Shown: one piece after another, positions 1 to 10,445 of the stretch
Numbering within the stretch: position 1 is the stretch's first letter
Layout of the letters: each line of letters begins with the position of its first letter
Translations under genes and position numbers: made by a program
The notes under the pieces: model-generated
What the model was told of the DNA's origin: nothing
Seen by the model: the letters and a program-made list of their open reading frames with translations, nothing else
Databases searched by the model: none
From: Nitrospirota bacterium
GTDB taxonomy: Bacteria > Nitrospirota > Thermodesulfovibrionia > Thermodesulfovibrionales > Dissulfurispiraceae
Assembly (NCBI GenBank): GCA_040754455.1
Contig: JBFMCP010000006.1
Location: 1 to 64,000, forward strand
Direction of reading: 5' to 3'
Length of the DNA: 64,000 nucleotides

Positions 1-127
1 CCTAAGGATCATCCTTGGCGGAAGTTCAACATCAACCGCGACAAGCGAAAAGCCCCGCAGACGGCGGCGGCATAAACCGGACATTTCTATTTTGGTAAAA
101 ACAGGACATTTCTAAATTGGCTTGACA
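1..127 (+). mobile_element. 3' end of an IS1202/ISNCY-like insertion sequence (transposase C-terminus and right end)
   Basis: Frame 1 reads PKDHPWRKFNINRDKRKAPQTAAA*. It is followed by a doubled GGACATTTCTA motif ending ...GGCTTGACA. The last 33 bp (95-127) recur exactly at 9628-9660. Confidence 0.6.
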
Positions 128-443
128 TTTGCCATGAGCTCTATTGATTTTCTGCACGGAGATGCATTACTCTAATGCTCAGAGGGCATACCCTCGGTTG
201 CGGAACTTAACCAAAGGGCCTGGGATTCTTAAGAATCGCAGGCCCGCTTGTTTTTCTGCCCTACGTTACGTCCCCTGATGAAGTTGAACCTCGCGGCTTT
301 CTTACCTATAATTTGATTAAAAGGCAGTTCTGAACATGAAAAGGGCAAAACATCGGTGCGAATGGCACTGGTAACCGGCTCTGACGGCGGTACAAATATG
401 TCCTGGTAAACAGGAGAGAGAGAAACTGCGGAGGAGATCTGGC

Positions 444-1064
444 ATGAAAATAGTAATCATCGGCGCAACCGGGACTATAGGCAGAGCGGTCACCGAGGCG
501 CTCTCGGACCATCATACGGTTGTGCGCGTCGCCCGCACACAAGGCGAGTACCAGGTTGATATGGCTTCACCGGCTTCGCTACAACGGCTCTATGAAACGA
601 TCGCCCCGTTCGATGCCGTCGTCTGCGCAGCAGGACAGGCCAGGCTGGCTCCGCTCGATCTGCTCACCGATGAAGATTTCCACTTCAGCATATCAAACAA
701 GCTGATGGGCCAGGTCAATCTGGTACGGTTGGGAATGCGCTACATCAGCGACAATGGTTCATTCACGCTCACCAGCGGCGTGCTTGCACATGAACCCATG
801 CCGGGAAGCGCTGCAGTCAGTCTGGTCAACGCAGGTCTGGAAGGCTTTGTCCGTGCAGCCGCTTTGGAAATGCCGCGTGGCATTCGCATCAATGTGGTAA
901 GTCCGCCATGGGTCAGAGAGACGCTTGAGGCTATGGGCAGGGATACCGCTGCTGGGATGCCAGCGGTCATGGTGGCAGAGGCGTATGTCGGCAGCGTCGA
1001 GGGACAACGCACCGGCGAGGTCATCGACCCCCGCGTGCTTAGCTTTCAGAAATCAGGAGCCTAG
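444..1064 (+). CDS. Short-chain dehydrogenase/reductase
   Basis: N-terminal GATGTIG Rossmann motif, RINVVSPP motif, GGAGGAG RBS. Confidence 0.9.
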   Translation: MKIVIIGATGTIGRAVTEALSDHHTVVRVARTQGEYQVDMASPASLQRLYETIAPFDAVVCAAGQARLAPLDLLTDEDFHFSISNKLMGQVNLVRLGMRYISDNGSFTLTSGVLAHEPMPGSAAVSLVNAGLEGFVRAAALEMPRGIRINVVSPPWVRETLEAMGRDTAAGMPAVMVAEAYVGSVEGQRTGEVIDPRVLSFQKSGA

Positions 1065-1069
1065 TACCT

Positions 1070-1360
1070 ATGAATCAAATCATTTGCCGGGCCATCGGAG
1101 AGCGCAGGCTTTTGGAGCTTCACTATCACGGCTACCCTCGTATTGTAGAACCGCATGTCTACGGCAAGGACCACCATGGGGATGAGGTAGTGCGCTGTTA
1201 TCAGGTGTACGGCGGCAGCGAGAGCGGTGAGGAGGTCGGATGGAAGCTGTTAAAGGTCAGAGAGATATCCTCTCTCCATATGATAGAAACGACCTTCTCG
1301 ACGCGTCGCCGGTACCAGCGCAATGATACGATTATTGAATCCATTCTTTGCCAGGTATGA
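1070..1360 (+). CDS. Small standalone WYL-like domain protein
   Basis: AI..RRLLELHY..R.VEPH..G...V.CYQ...WKLLKV..I pattern; AGGAG RBS. Confidence 0.65.
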   Translation: MNQIICRAIGERRLLELHYHGYPRIVEPHVYGKDHHGDEVVRCYQVYGGSESGEEVGWKLLKVREISSLHMIETTFSTRRRYQRNDTIIESILCQV

Positions 1361-1624
1361 GCAAAGCCGGTTCCGTAGGAGGCGGCTTGCCGGACACGAC
1401 CCCCATCTGCTCTTTTGTGAGTTCTTTGGCCCGTATAGTATTCCTCATTGCAAATGAGAACACATACTGCTAATCTTTAAAGAGAAGGATGTTTCAGGGT
1501 CTGTTCAGCAGCTAACCGGCAGTCAACCATCTGACGTTCATTCCGGAAAATGCACTCAGAATTCATTTCACATTAGAAAACAAAGTTACCGGCGTGGGTG
1601 GTCCAGGGAAAAAAGGAGGTTCTG

Positions 1625-2122
1625 ATGAAAAGAAGCGTTCTAGCGGTACTATTTGCAGTATGCCTCATGTTTGCTTCGGTCGCTTTCGCTGCCGATTATA
1701 GCGGAACGGCCGACCAGTCGGGGGCCGCGAGAGGGGATCAGGCACAAACCAGCCAGATGGACGCAACCAGAGGAGCGCAGGCAGGGGCTGCTAACATTAT
1801 CAAGGCAGACGATCTCAAGGGCAAGAAAATCCAGGATGCTGCCGGCAACGAGATCGGGAAAGTAAAGAGTGTCGCCCTCAATACCACGACCGGCAGTGCC
1901 TATGCCCTGGTTGAGATGGACAACAAGCTGCATCCTGTCCCGGTCAGCGCCATCAAGAAGATGCAGGACAAGTACACGCTGAATATCGACAAGAGCAGGC
2001 TTGCGCAATCGCCGAGCGTCACCGAAGACAATATGGCGCAGCAGCTGGCCAGCAGTGATTTCGATACCCAGGTGCACCGGTTTTTCGGCATCGCTCCCCC
2101 TATGAGCCCAACTGCCAGATAA
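1625..2122 (+). CDS. Exported PRC-barrel domain protein
   Basis: Signal peptide ending AFA; ADDLKGKKIQDAAGNEIGKVKSV PRC-barrel pattern; AGGAGG RBS. Confidence 0.8.
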   Translation: MKRSVLAVLFAVCLMFASVAFAADYSGTADQSGAARGDQAQTSQMDATRGAQAGAANIIKADDLKGKKIQDAAGNEIGKVKSVALNTTTGSAYALVEMDNKLHPVPVSAIKKMQDKYTLNIDKSRLAQSPSVTEDNMAQQLASSDFDTQVHRFFGIAPPMSPTAR

Positions 2123-2387
2123 CGCAGTGGGCGGGAGAGCCATCTCTCAAAGCACAGCTGTTCAATAGAGGACACACAGATTTCCGTACCACCCGAAACC
2201 AATACCCTGACCCACCCACCGGTAAGCCCTACCTGTCCAGTAGGGCTCTTTTTATGCGCATTAAGGGTCGCCTTCCTCTGGGCGTCGGACGTCCGATCAT
2301 CATCTGAAAAAGAGAAAGGCATTGGTGTGCCCTTCACCAATGCCCCAAAGGATGGAGGAGGATGAATCAGAAAAAAAGACGAAAGCG

Positions 2388-2861
2388 TTATTCCGTAAAG
2401 CGCCCTGCCCCGGCGATAATGCCGAGCAGTTTGCACTGCTCCGCACTGCTCATGCCGGCAGCTTTTGCACAGGAAGCAAACCGTCCGTCACTGAAAAAGC
2501 TGAGGCTCTCTCCTTTCAGAGAATCGTTCCAAAGGTCTTCAATGGACTGGAGCACTATTGCCTCAGCAAGACGGCTGAGCAGCACTCTGGAGCCCTGCGA
2601 AGCGCCGGGGAAGAGTGTGCGCGGTTTTTTCGGTGTTCGTGCGGCGCTGCGTGGCGGCGTGGCACGCCTCACTATGCGTTTCTCTTCCTTGATTTCAGCT
2701 GCCGCAAGCATGTCCGCCCTCCAGAACCACAACCGTCGTTGCCGCACATCCAAAGGATGACACCCTATATATCGGGACTCGGGATTGTTTCCTTTAGCAG
2801 CCCAGACAGAAAATAGCGGCTCATTCATATTTTTCAGAATCCGGGCATTCCTGCCGTGCAT
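2388..2861 (-). CDS. Hypothetical protein (start uncertain)
   Basis: ORF with a protein-like C-terminal segment LAEAIVLQSIEDLW...FFSDGRFASCAKAAG. Confidence 0.45.
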   Translation of the reverse strand: MHGRNARILKNMNEPLFSVWAAKGNNPESRYIGCHPLDVRQRRLWFWRADMLAAAEIKEEKRIVRRATPPRSAARTPKKPRTLFPGASQGSRVLLSRLAEAIVLQSIEDLWNDSLKGESLSFFSDGRFASCAKAAGMSSAEQCKLLGIIAGAGRFTE

Positions 2862-3019
2862 AGTCGCCCCGCGTGCGCTCCTGCCGGTTCCGGCTGATTT
2901 AAATGCTTTTTTCTATACCAATAATTTTTTTCACTCCTGAATCTTAAGTCCTCCAGACTCCCCCCGATAACGAATAAAACCACGCTGATCACCACACCGA
3001 ATGAGAGGATAATCGCACG

Positions 3020-3592
3020 ATGGATCTATTTGAAGACGGGATTTTGAGCAATAACACTCGATGGAAGCATCCCCGACTGTCACCAAATGTGCTGAAAAAA
3101 GCGTTGTCGGAATTGAAAGTCGTTGTCTTTGAAAGCAACGACAGGGTCAGGAGCCCTTTTGAAGCGAACATCATCGCCCTTTGGAAGACCGAAGAGATGC
3201 CGGACATTATAGAAGGTCCGTTCCTTGCGTTATTCTATACGGAGAACTTCACCACCACCGGCACCGTTGTAGGCACCGAGATACTTTTCAATGTAAAAAA
3301 CATCAGCTCACCGATCGGGCATATCGCGCTCGAGATCGCCAATGAATACGATATCCCTATAACAATACGTGAAGCTATTCAATACTCAAACGAGCCTGCC
3401 CGTGAAGAGCTCGACGGCCTGATACCGATCCGGAGGCACTTTCTGAATGTCACCACCGGCCACTCGTGCTTTACCTCGGAATGCACGTATAGCATCAGAA
3501 CGGCAAAGGGCTATATATCTTTCTTCCGGGACCTTTTTATCAAGACAAAAGAGTTTGCCAAAGAGCTGGCATCAGTGGCCGCTCATCATTAA
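3020..3592 (+). CDS. Hypothetical protein
   Basis: 190-aa ORF with GAGG RBS and an upstream sigma28-like promoter. Confidence 0.65.
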   Translation: MDLFEDGILSNNTRWKHPRLSPNVLKKALSELKVVVFESNDRVRSPFEANIIALWKTEEMPDIIEGPFLALFYTENFTTTGTVVGTEILFNVKNISSPIGHIALEIANEYDIPITIREAIQYSNEPAREELDGLIPIRRHFLNVTTGHSCFTSECTYSIRTAKGYISFFRDLFIKTKEFAKELASVAAHH

Positions 3593-3759
3593 TATTCCGT
3601 GTCTGACACCGGACCGTGTAGGCACAATGTTTAGCAACGAGGTCAATAAAAAACATCATAACTGAAAATATCTGATCTCTTAACTTTTCCCGATAACACC
3701 CGATATAAAGGTCTTAGGGGGGCTGAAGCACACTACTTATTACTACGGAGGGGTCACCC

Positions 3760-5634
3760 ATGAAAATCAGCACCAGCCTCAAGATTGTCATCATCGCGCT
3801 GTTGAGCTTCTCTCTTGTCAGCGTAGTATCGGTATATCTGCAGCTCAATACAATGACCGACGACGGCCGGGTAGTCAATTATGCCGGCATTGTCAGGGGA
3901 GGCACTCAAAGGCTCGTGAAGCTGGAGATAGGAGGCCGCCAGGCCGACGATCTCATCGCCAAACTGGATAAGATAATCAACGGCCTTACCAACGGCGATG
4001 CCGAACTGCAGCTGCCAAAGGCTACGGACCGGGAATTTGTCGACCGCATGCAGGAGGTCAAAAAGTCATGGGAGGGGCTCAAACAGACCATCGCTAAAGC
4101 AAGGCAGGACAAAGCCCAACAGGACAGCCTTCTTAAAGAGAGCGAGGAGTATTTCGAAGTAACCAATAAAGCAGTGTCGGCAGCCGAGAAGTTTTCGAAA
4201 GGCAAAGTTACCGCACAGAAGACCGTGCAGATGGTTCTCTTTATTCTTAATATCATTATCCTTGGGTATATCTGGATCAGGAGCCGGAAAAAGATCGTAA
4301 AGCCGTTATCACAATTCAAGGAAAAAGTCGAGCAGATTGCAAATGGAAATCTCAAAGTGGCAATGGATTATACCGGCAAGGATGAAATAGGCGACCTCTC
4401 GCAGAGCATGAATAAAATGATTCAGTCCTTCAATACCATGATAAACGGCATACTTACGTCGTCCAACAATGTTGTGCAAACGGTGGATATCTTGAGAGTG
4501 CAGGCTGAAAAGACCTCGGATGGAGCAAAAGACCAGTCCGGACAGGCGGCCCAGATCGCCACTGCAGCGGAAGAAATGAGCCAGACCATAACGGACATTG
4601 CAAAGAATGCCTCGATCGCCTCAGATTCGTCCTCCCATGCAAAGGATGTCGCCGAAAAAGGACAGGAAGTGGCAAACAACGCAATCGAGACCGTGAACAA
4701 GGTGTATACCGCCACTGTAGAGCTCGCCTCGATGGTGGACAAGCTGAACAGCCGCACCGGGGAGATCGGCGATATCGTCACCGTTATTACCGATATAGCC
4801 GATCAGACGAACCTGCTTGCCCTGAATGCCGCGATTGAAGCAGCACGGGCAGGAGAGCAAGGAAGAGGGTTTGCCGTTGTTGCCGATGAGGTCAGAAAGC
4901 TTGCAGAAAGGACCATCAAGGCTACGACCGAGATATCGGACAAGATAAAAGCAGTACAGGCCGAATCAGAGCAGACAAAAGTTTCAATGGATGATGCATC
5001 GGGAGAGGTGACCAAAGCGACTGAATATATCAGAAACGTGGGGAGCTCCCTCCACGACATTGTCGAAGCAGTGCAGAGGGTCAGGGATCAGATAACCCAG
5101 ATAGCGACCGCTGTTGACGAGCAATCTGCGGCTTCGGAAGAAGTGGCAAAAAATATTGAAAAGACGTCGGCTATTGCACGGGACATGGAAAAGATGTCAG
5201 GAGACGTAATGCACGAGGTCAACACGCTGACCGGCATAGCGGAGGAGCTGAGAAACTCGACTGCCGGGTTTAAGACAAAAGGCAATGAGCTTATGATAGT
5301 CGATCTGGCAAAAACCGATCATAGGGTGTTTGTAGGGAGAATCTCTTCATGCCTCAAAGGGGATGTCAGGCTTGACCCCACGCAGCTGACCGATCATCGT
5401 ACCTGCAGATTCGGGAAATGGTACGACAGCGAAGGAAAACACTTGTGCGGGGACCTTCCCAGTTATAAGACAATCGCCGGGCCCCATGAGAGAATCCACA
5501 GTTTAGCAAAAGAAGCGGTAGCAGCACATAATTCAGGTGATCAGAAGAAGGCCGAACAGATTTATAAGGAGATGGAAGCGGTATCGGCACAAATCGGCAA
5601 TCTGCTGGACAGTATAAAACGAGAATATCAATAA
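3760..5634 (+). CDS. Methyl-accepting chemotaxis protein (PilJ/NarX-like sensor, HAMP, MCP signal, C-terminal CZB domain)
   Basis: Two TM helices; [38 protein letters not shown] hairpin; H..CRFGKWY...H...H CZB motif. Confidence 0.95.
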   Translation: MKISTSLKIVIIALLSFSLVSVVSVYLQLNTMTDDGRVVNYAGIVRGGTQRLVKLEIGGRQADDLIAKLDKIINGLTNGDAELQLPKATDREFVDRMQEVKKSWEGLKQTIAKARQDKAQQDSLLKESEEYFEVTNKAVSAAEKFSKGKVTAQKTVQMVLFILNIIILGYIWIRSRKKIVKPLSQFKEKVEQIANGNLKVAMDYTGKDEIGDLSQSMNKMIQSFNTMINGILTSSNNVVQTVDILRVQAEKTSDGAKDQSGQAAQIATAAEEMSQTITDIAKNASIASDSSSHAKDVAEKGQEVANNAIETVNKVYTATVELASMVDKLNSRTGEIGDIVTVITDIADQTNLLALNAAIEAARAGEQGRGFAVVADEVRKLAERTIKATTEISDKIKAVQAESEQTKVSMDDASGEVTKATEYIRNVGSSLHDIVEAVQRVRDQITQIATAVDEQSAASEEVAKNIEKTSAIARDMEKMSGDVMHEVNTLTGIAEELRNSTAGFKTKGNELMIVDLAKTDHRVFVGRISSCLKGDVRLDPTQLTDHRTCRFGKWYDSEGKHLCGDLPSYKTIAGPHERIHSLAKEAVAAHNSGDQKKAEQIYKEMEAVSAQIGNLLDSIKREYQ

Positions 5635-5728
5635 GCGGGGACAATCTTGACCATATCGAATATATTCCCGCGGGCAGCTCTGCGACGGGACCGCCGCGAT
5701 CACATATCCTGAAGCAAGACAGCCCTCT

Positions 5729-6199
5729 TTACGTAACCCCACAGGTCGGCTCGATGACCCAGACCGAGCAGTTGCTCGCGTTGTGGACGAGGGCGTTCGA
5801 AACACTGCCGAAGAGGAACTCTTCGGATTTGGATATTCCCCTTCTCCCGACGACGAGTGCGCAGGAACAGACCTCTTTCTGTTTCTCCAGGATGACGGAA
5901 GAGACCGGCCTGCCGTCGCTGATAACGAGCTCGGTCCTGACCTTTGTCTTGGGAAACCCCGACTGTATGAGGATATCACGGTAGCGTTCCAGCATGGCTG
6001 ACATGGACTCCCTTCTGTCTTCTATCCATTTTTCTCTCTCGTCGTCCGAGGCAAACATGTCCCTGTCCGGCACGGCTATGACGTTGAGTATCGTCGCAGA
6101 AAAACCGTGAAAGCCCCCGATAAATCCCGCTACAAAGAGGAGCGCGGCCTTTGCATTTTCCGACTCGTCGACTGCGATCATAATATGCTTGTCCTTCAT
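5729..6199 (-). CDS. Universal stress protein
   Basis: IMIAVDESE start and VVGRRG...FGSVSNALV motif; GGAGG RBS. Confidence 0.9.
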   Translation of the reverse strand: MKDKHIMIAVDESENAKAALLFVAGFIGGFHGFSATILNVIAVPDRDMFASDDEREKWIEDRRESMSAMLERYRDILIQSGFPKTKVRTELVISDGRPVSSVILEKQKEVCSCALVVGRRGISKSEEFLFGSVSNALVHNASNCSVWVIEPTCGVT

Positions 6200-6249
6200 C
6201 TTCGGTACGCCTCCATGATGTTCCATGGTTCCCTCCCCAGCAGCACCGC

Positions 6250-7251
6250 TCAGGCTCCGTGCACGGCATCGGCCGCACGGATGAGATCGTCAAGAAACTG
6301 TTCAGTGTCGTCATAGTAGACCCTTGCTCCCCTCGAAAAGTGGAGGAAAATCCGGTTGAGCGCTTCGGGAATATAGGGAAAGACCTTCCCGAGATTCGCG
6401 ACCCGATTGCGGAAGATGATATTGCAATCGTCCTCTGTAATCGTCGAACGCAGATGGGGCATCTCGTCCCGGAGCACCTGTGTCGTGATGTCACGACCAC
6501 CGGTGATGTACATGAGGATGTTCCCGAGGCCGAAGATGTCATGGATGAACTTGTTTTCGTTAGGGCCGTGGGCGAAGTCGAAATCGATCCACCGGAGCCT
6601 CTTTGCCGTCGTGTCACGAAGGAGATGGTCGCGCCTGATATCCCCGTGGATTTCATTGTGCCGGTGGAGGAAGAGAATGGCCCGCACCGCCTCGATATAT
6701 TCGTTCAGGATAACCGGGAAAGAGGTCGTGAAGTACTCCTCATGTTGTACCCCCTCGGCAGAGGCATAGTCAGTCATCGTTTGGCCGGAGATGAAATCGA
6801 TGACCCGCACAATATTGGAGGCGGTGTCCTGCACCGAGTACCCGTGCATGAAATGGTCATGCTCACGGACCAGGTTGAGAATGCGGGCCTCTTTCACGGG
6901 ACTGCGTGCACAATCAAAGAGGAGATCCCCTATGCGGGCCTGGAACCGCTCATGGAAGACGAGCTTGATGATCTTCTTTGATCCGTCGCAGAGATCAATG
7001 GCGCTCTTCACCCAGAATTTCGGCTCATCGTCCAGGCCGAAACGCCCCTCCTTCTGGTTATGCCGTATGAGGAACGGTCGGTTATCAAGGATCACGACAT
7101 CGTCATAATCGACCCTGATGAAGTTGCTCGTGTCCGTAATAATCCTGAATCTCTTCGGTACCCGGAATGGTTCGAGCCACCGTGATGCAAGGTCCCGGAG
7201 GCTCTGTTGGGTCTGCCCGTCATCACCTATACCCATCCCCTTTATCATCAA
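6250..7251 (-). CDS. Ser/Thr protein kinase-like protein
   Basis: HGDIRRDH catalytic loop, WIDFD, DIFGLG. Confidence 0.75.
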   Translation of the reverse strand: MMIKGMGIGDDGQTQQSLRDLASRWLEPFRVPKRFRIITDTSNFIRVDYDDVVILDNRPFLIRHNQKEGRFGLDDEPKFWVKSAIDLCDGSKKIIKLVFHERFQARIGDLLFDCARSPVKEARILNLVREHDHFMHGYSVQDTASNIVRVIDFISGQTMTDYASAEGVQHEEYFTTSFPVILNEYIEAVRAILFLHRHNEIHGDIRRDHLLRDTTAKRLRWIDFDFAHGPNENKFIHDIFGLGNILMYITGGRDITTQVLRDEMPHLRSTITEDDCNIIFRNRVANLGKVFPYIPEALNRIFLHFSRGARVYYDDTEQFLDDLIRAADAVHGA

Positions 7252-7321
7252 TCAAATTGTATCACTTCCGGAGCAGCATGCACAGCCTCACTCAACAGGG
7301 CAATTAGATAAACAGCCTCCG

Positions 7322-7768
7322 TCAAAAAAGAGACGATGCGATTTTAGCTGCTCTCCTGAGAGCACACACATATCCTGCACTGTAAAACGGTTCTCTTGCG
7401 AAGGTGTCTGCTGCAGCGCTTTTAAGCGCTTCTTCACTTGTTTCCGCTTCCTCCAGGAACTCGCACTTATGCTCTTCAATCCACAAGGCACTCTTTCCCG
7501 CCGCTTCGGGCTCAGTGGTCATGCGCACTATTCCTGCAGCCTCTTCAAGCCCCTTTATATATCCAGCATTGAACTCTGCAGGGAGTGGCGGTTCTATGTT
7601 TTCGCAGCTGCGTATGACCTTCAGGAGTTCCTCTTCATTGTGCCATCCGCACGCCCTCATGTAATCCATCTTCGCGCCGAGTGCCTCCATAGTCTCTTTG
7701 ATATAGCGTTCGATCCGCTTTTCGATCTCTTTCGCCGCGTCCCTTATGGATGCTATGTCTTCTCCCAT
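7322..7768 (-). CDS. Hypothetical helical protein
   Basis: ORF with AAGGAG RBS. Confidence 0.6.
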   Translation of the reverse strand: MGEDIASIRDAAKEIEKRIERYIKETMEALGAKMDYMRACGWHNEEELLKVIRSCENIEPPLPAEFNAGYIKGLEEAAGIVRMTTEPEAAGKSALWIEEHKCEFLEEAETSEEALKSAAADTFAREPFYSAGYVCALRRAAKIASSLF

Positions 7769-7808
7769 GATTTTCTCTCCTTCTGAATACGGGATCAACC
7801 TGTCTTCT

Positions 7809-8402
7809 TTACCTTATTCTACCCAGAGGCATTATCCCCAGAGGCTGCTCCTCATATGGCATGCCCATAACCTTTTTCACTTCATTGTCTTCAAAAGCCC
7901 CGACAAATACTGTTCCTAGATGTAACGAGACTGCCTGCAGGTAAATATTCTGCGCTGCATGCCCTACTTCCATATGAACGTAGCGTGAACCTCTCTCTCC
8001 GTACTTTCTCTCAGTTCGCTCATAAACTGCAGAAAAGACGATTACCGCTGCTGCATTCTTGACACAGGATTGTCTCAAGGCGGCGGCGTATAATGCATCT
8101 CGCCTATCCCCATCCTTGACTTTGATTATTTCGTGCCCTTGCGGCCTGTATTTGTATATCCCGCGGGGAAGGTTAGTTGCTCTTCCAATTGCAATATAAA
8201 TTTCAAGGGGATAGAGTGCTCCTGCAGAAGGAGATGCTCTCAACCCTCTGGGATCGGTAATGCCCTGTGCTGCCCAAAGGAGCTGCGAAATCTCGGCAAG
8301 CGTCAGTGGATCATTCGCATATTCTCTTATTGACCTTCTAACGCGCAGGGCTTGTTCGACAGAGACTGCGTCATCATATCTCGGCTCAGGCAGTTTTACC
8401 AT
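7809..8402 (-). CDS. SagB/ThcOx-family nitroreductase-like protein (N-terminal signal apparently frameshifted)
   Basis: RRSIR, SQLLWAAQG, SPSAGALYPLE and EVGHAAQNIYLQA motifs. Confidence 0.85.
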   Translation of the reverse strand: MVKLPEPRYDDAVSVEQALRVRRSIREYANDPLTLAEISQLLWAAQGITDPRGLRASPSAGALYPLEIYIAIGRATNLPRGIYKYRPQGHEIIKVKDGDRRDALYAAALRQSCVKNAAAVIVFSAVYERTERKYGERGSRYVHMEVGHAAQNIYLQAVSLHLGTVFVGAFEDNEVKKVMGMPYEEQPLGIMPLGRIR

Positions 8403-8623
8403 ATACGCAAGTACATTCTCCTGAGTGGATTCACGAAAAAAACGGTAAAATAAAAATGAGCAATACTGCAGCTCCTTTGAAAAATGTATCTGTCTACTAA
8501 TCTTAGCATGTAAATATCTTTTTGAAAGAACCTCAATCCGTAGGCAAAAAGAGGGCACCTCGGGGAAAAGGCTTGATGCAAGCCACAATTGATTTAGGAA
8601 CAATTACCCAGGGGGTGCTCAAG

Positions 8624-8788
8624 ATGAGTGTACCACAAGGTCTGCTCCCCTTCAAGTTACCAGTTGATACTTATTCAAGCATCGTGACATCATTTGCGGA
8701 ATTGTCGTTGGTAGTAGAGATGGCGTGGGCATTAAGGATACCTGAGCTTGTAGAGAGGCATGTAAAAGTAAATTTCTCCGATCTGTGA
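8624..8788 (+). pseudogene. Possible N-terminal remnant of an IS1380-like transposase
   Basis: QGLLPFKL...VTSFAELSLVVE resembles the starts of IS1380-type transposases (recalled, not searched); it ends abruptly at the antitoxin. Confidence 0.35.
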
Positions 8789-9006
8789 GTTTGCTCGCCG
8801 ATCCTGAACCCATCGATAGGCTTAAAGACCTCTCAAAACAGCATAATCGCTCTTTGCAGGGTGAGGCAAAGCTTATCCCTGAAGAAGCCGCGCAGCAGAT
8901 GACAATGGAAGAATTCAAGGCGAGAGCTCAGAAATGGCGTAAGCGTTTGTCCGGCAGGAAATTCAGTGATAGCGCAGAATTGATCCGCGAGGATAGGGAC
9001 CGTTGA
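8785..9006 (+). pseudogene. FitA/VapB-like antitoxin, 5' truncated
   Basis: RLK..S.QHNRSLQGE and DSAELIREDRDR motifs; overlaps the start of the PIN gene. Confidence 0.7.
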
Positions 9007-9414
9007 ATCGGTTTGTCGTAGATGCAAGCGTAGCTGTTAAATGGCTTGTACCCGAAATCCATGCTGATGCGGCATTACGTCTACTTGAAAAGAATAATAG
9101 GCTAACAGCTCCTGATCTCATATTCTCCGAAATCGGCACTATTCTCTTAAAGGAATCGCGCTCAGGAGAGATAGAGCGGGTTTCCGCATTAGAAATGCTG
9201 ACCGATTTTAAGGGAGTTCCGCTTCAGGCATATAAGGCTGATGAATACCTCGAATATGCGTAGACTTTGGCAGAATCTTACCGCCTCAGTTTTTACGACA
9301 GCCTGTATATGGCGCTTTCCTTAAAATATGGTTACTGCGGTTAAGAAGCTTTATAACGCTCTGAAGAATGCGCCTTTCAAGAAATGCATCCTATAGGTCG
9401 AGGATATTCCCTGA
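9003..9414 (+). pseudogene. vapC: VapC/PIN toxin pseudogene
   Basis: VVDASVAVKW start; in-frame TAG at 9261-9263; continues SFYDSLYMAL; frameshift; VTA.KKL; second TAG at 9394-9396. Confidence 0.8.
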
Positions 9415-9449
9415 TCAGCCTTTAATCATCACCGCAATTCGTACTGACA

Positions 9450-9660
9450 GATAGGTCGAGTCTGCCTTTTACAAATTTAAGGGAGCGGCAGCAGAGGAGA
9501 CTCAAGGCCGTGCAGAGAGTGAGAAAGAGCACGCCCACTATCTCCGCAGAGAATCACCCCTGGAGGAAGGGCAAATGGCAAATGTTTAAACGACAGAAAC
9601 TGGGAAGCGGCTGCAGAAAGCAGCTGCGTAAAAACAGGACATTTCTAAATTGGCTTGACA
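9450..9660 (+). mobile_element. Second IS1202/ISNCY-like remnant (3' end only)
   Basis: Encodes ...SAENHPWRK... and ends in 33 bp identical to 95-127. Confidence 0.6.
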
Positions 9661-9676
9661 AAATTTATTTATTACG

Positions 9677-9705
9677 TTGCTAATTATCAGTGGATGTGTT
9701 ATTCT
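9677..9705 (+). promoter_or_regulatory. sigma70-like promoter of the cold-shock gene
   Basis: TTGCTA-N17-TATTCT ahead of a long 5' UTR. Confidence 0.5.
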
Positions 9706-9819
9706 GTACATAGAGTTTCAGGAGTTTGTAGCCCATTCACGGCCGCAAAGACTTTTAGCTTTGTGGCTTTTTTATTTGTGCCCTTCTGAAAGTTCAACTA
9801 ACCAGTAAGGAGGAACACA

Positions 9820-10020
9820 ATGGCTAACGGAACAGTAAAGTGGTTCAATGATTCCAAAGGTTTCGGCTTTATCACCAGTAATGACGGCACCGATGTATTT
9901 GTCCACCACACGTCCATCCAGAGCAATGGCTTCAAAACCCTTGCCGAGGGAGACAGCGTTACGTTTGATACCGAAAAAGGCCCCAAAGGTCCCAAGGCAA
10001 TCAACGTCGTAAAACAGTAA
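9820..10020 (+). CDS. cspA: Cold-shock protein
   Basis: [15 protein letters not shown] and DVFVH RNP motifs. Confidence 0.97.
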   Translation: MANGTVKWFNDSKGFGFITSNDGTDVFVHHTSIQSNGFKTLAEGDSVTFDTEKGPKGPKAINVVKQ

Positions 10021-10082
10021 GCATCTGAAAGAGAGCCCCTTGCCCTGTGCAGGGGGCTTTTTGTTCCTTAAGGAGGGACCTC

Positions 10083-10445
10083 ATGATCAGTAAGCAGAAG
10101 AATGCCGAGCGGCTCGAAAGAAGGCAACAGAAACTCGATGCAGGTCTGATATCTGCCCGGTATCCGGGTGTCGCATCGATTGTCATTGCAATGAACTACT
10201 ATAAAAGAGGGAGCAGCCCTTCATTTATGCAGCGCACGGTGAATTTCTTTCCCGGCAGCGCCGCCTATTTCCATATGGAATGCATGGAAGACAAATGTAT
10301 TGACGGCGGTTTCAATCTGGAGCCCATCATTTACACGATGGTGAAAGGCCACCAGGAATCAGCAAACGGAGAGCTTACCTGCGCCGGAAATGACTCTTCA
10401 GGTCACCGACGGATTGACTACAAGATAGCCATACAGTACAGTTAG
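10083..10445 (+). CDS. Hypothetical Cys-containing protein
   Basis: AAGGAGG RBS; CMEDKC...GGFNL...C. Confidence 0.7.
   Translation: MISKQKNAERLERRQQKLDAGLISARYPGVASIVIAMNYYKRGSSPSFMQRTVNFFPGSAAYFHMECMEDKCIDGGFNLEPIIYTMVKGHQESANGELTCAGNDSSGHRRIDYKIAIQYS

Noticed and set aside
320..400. c-di-GMP-I riboswitch upstream of the SDR (GGGCAAAAC)
   Set aside because: Lacks the GAAA tetraloop and GACGCAAA core
7809..8402. SagB-like gene as part of an azole RiPP cluster
   Set aside because: No YcaO cyclodehydratase or precursor nearby; stand-alone members are common
9661..9690. dif/Xer site targeted by the IS end
   Set aside because: Only a weak match to XerC/XerD arms
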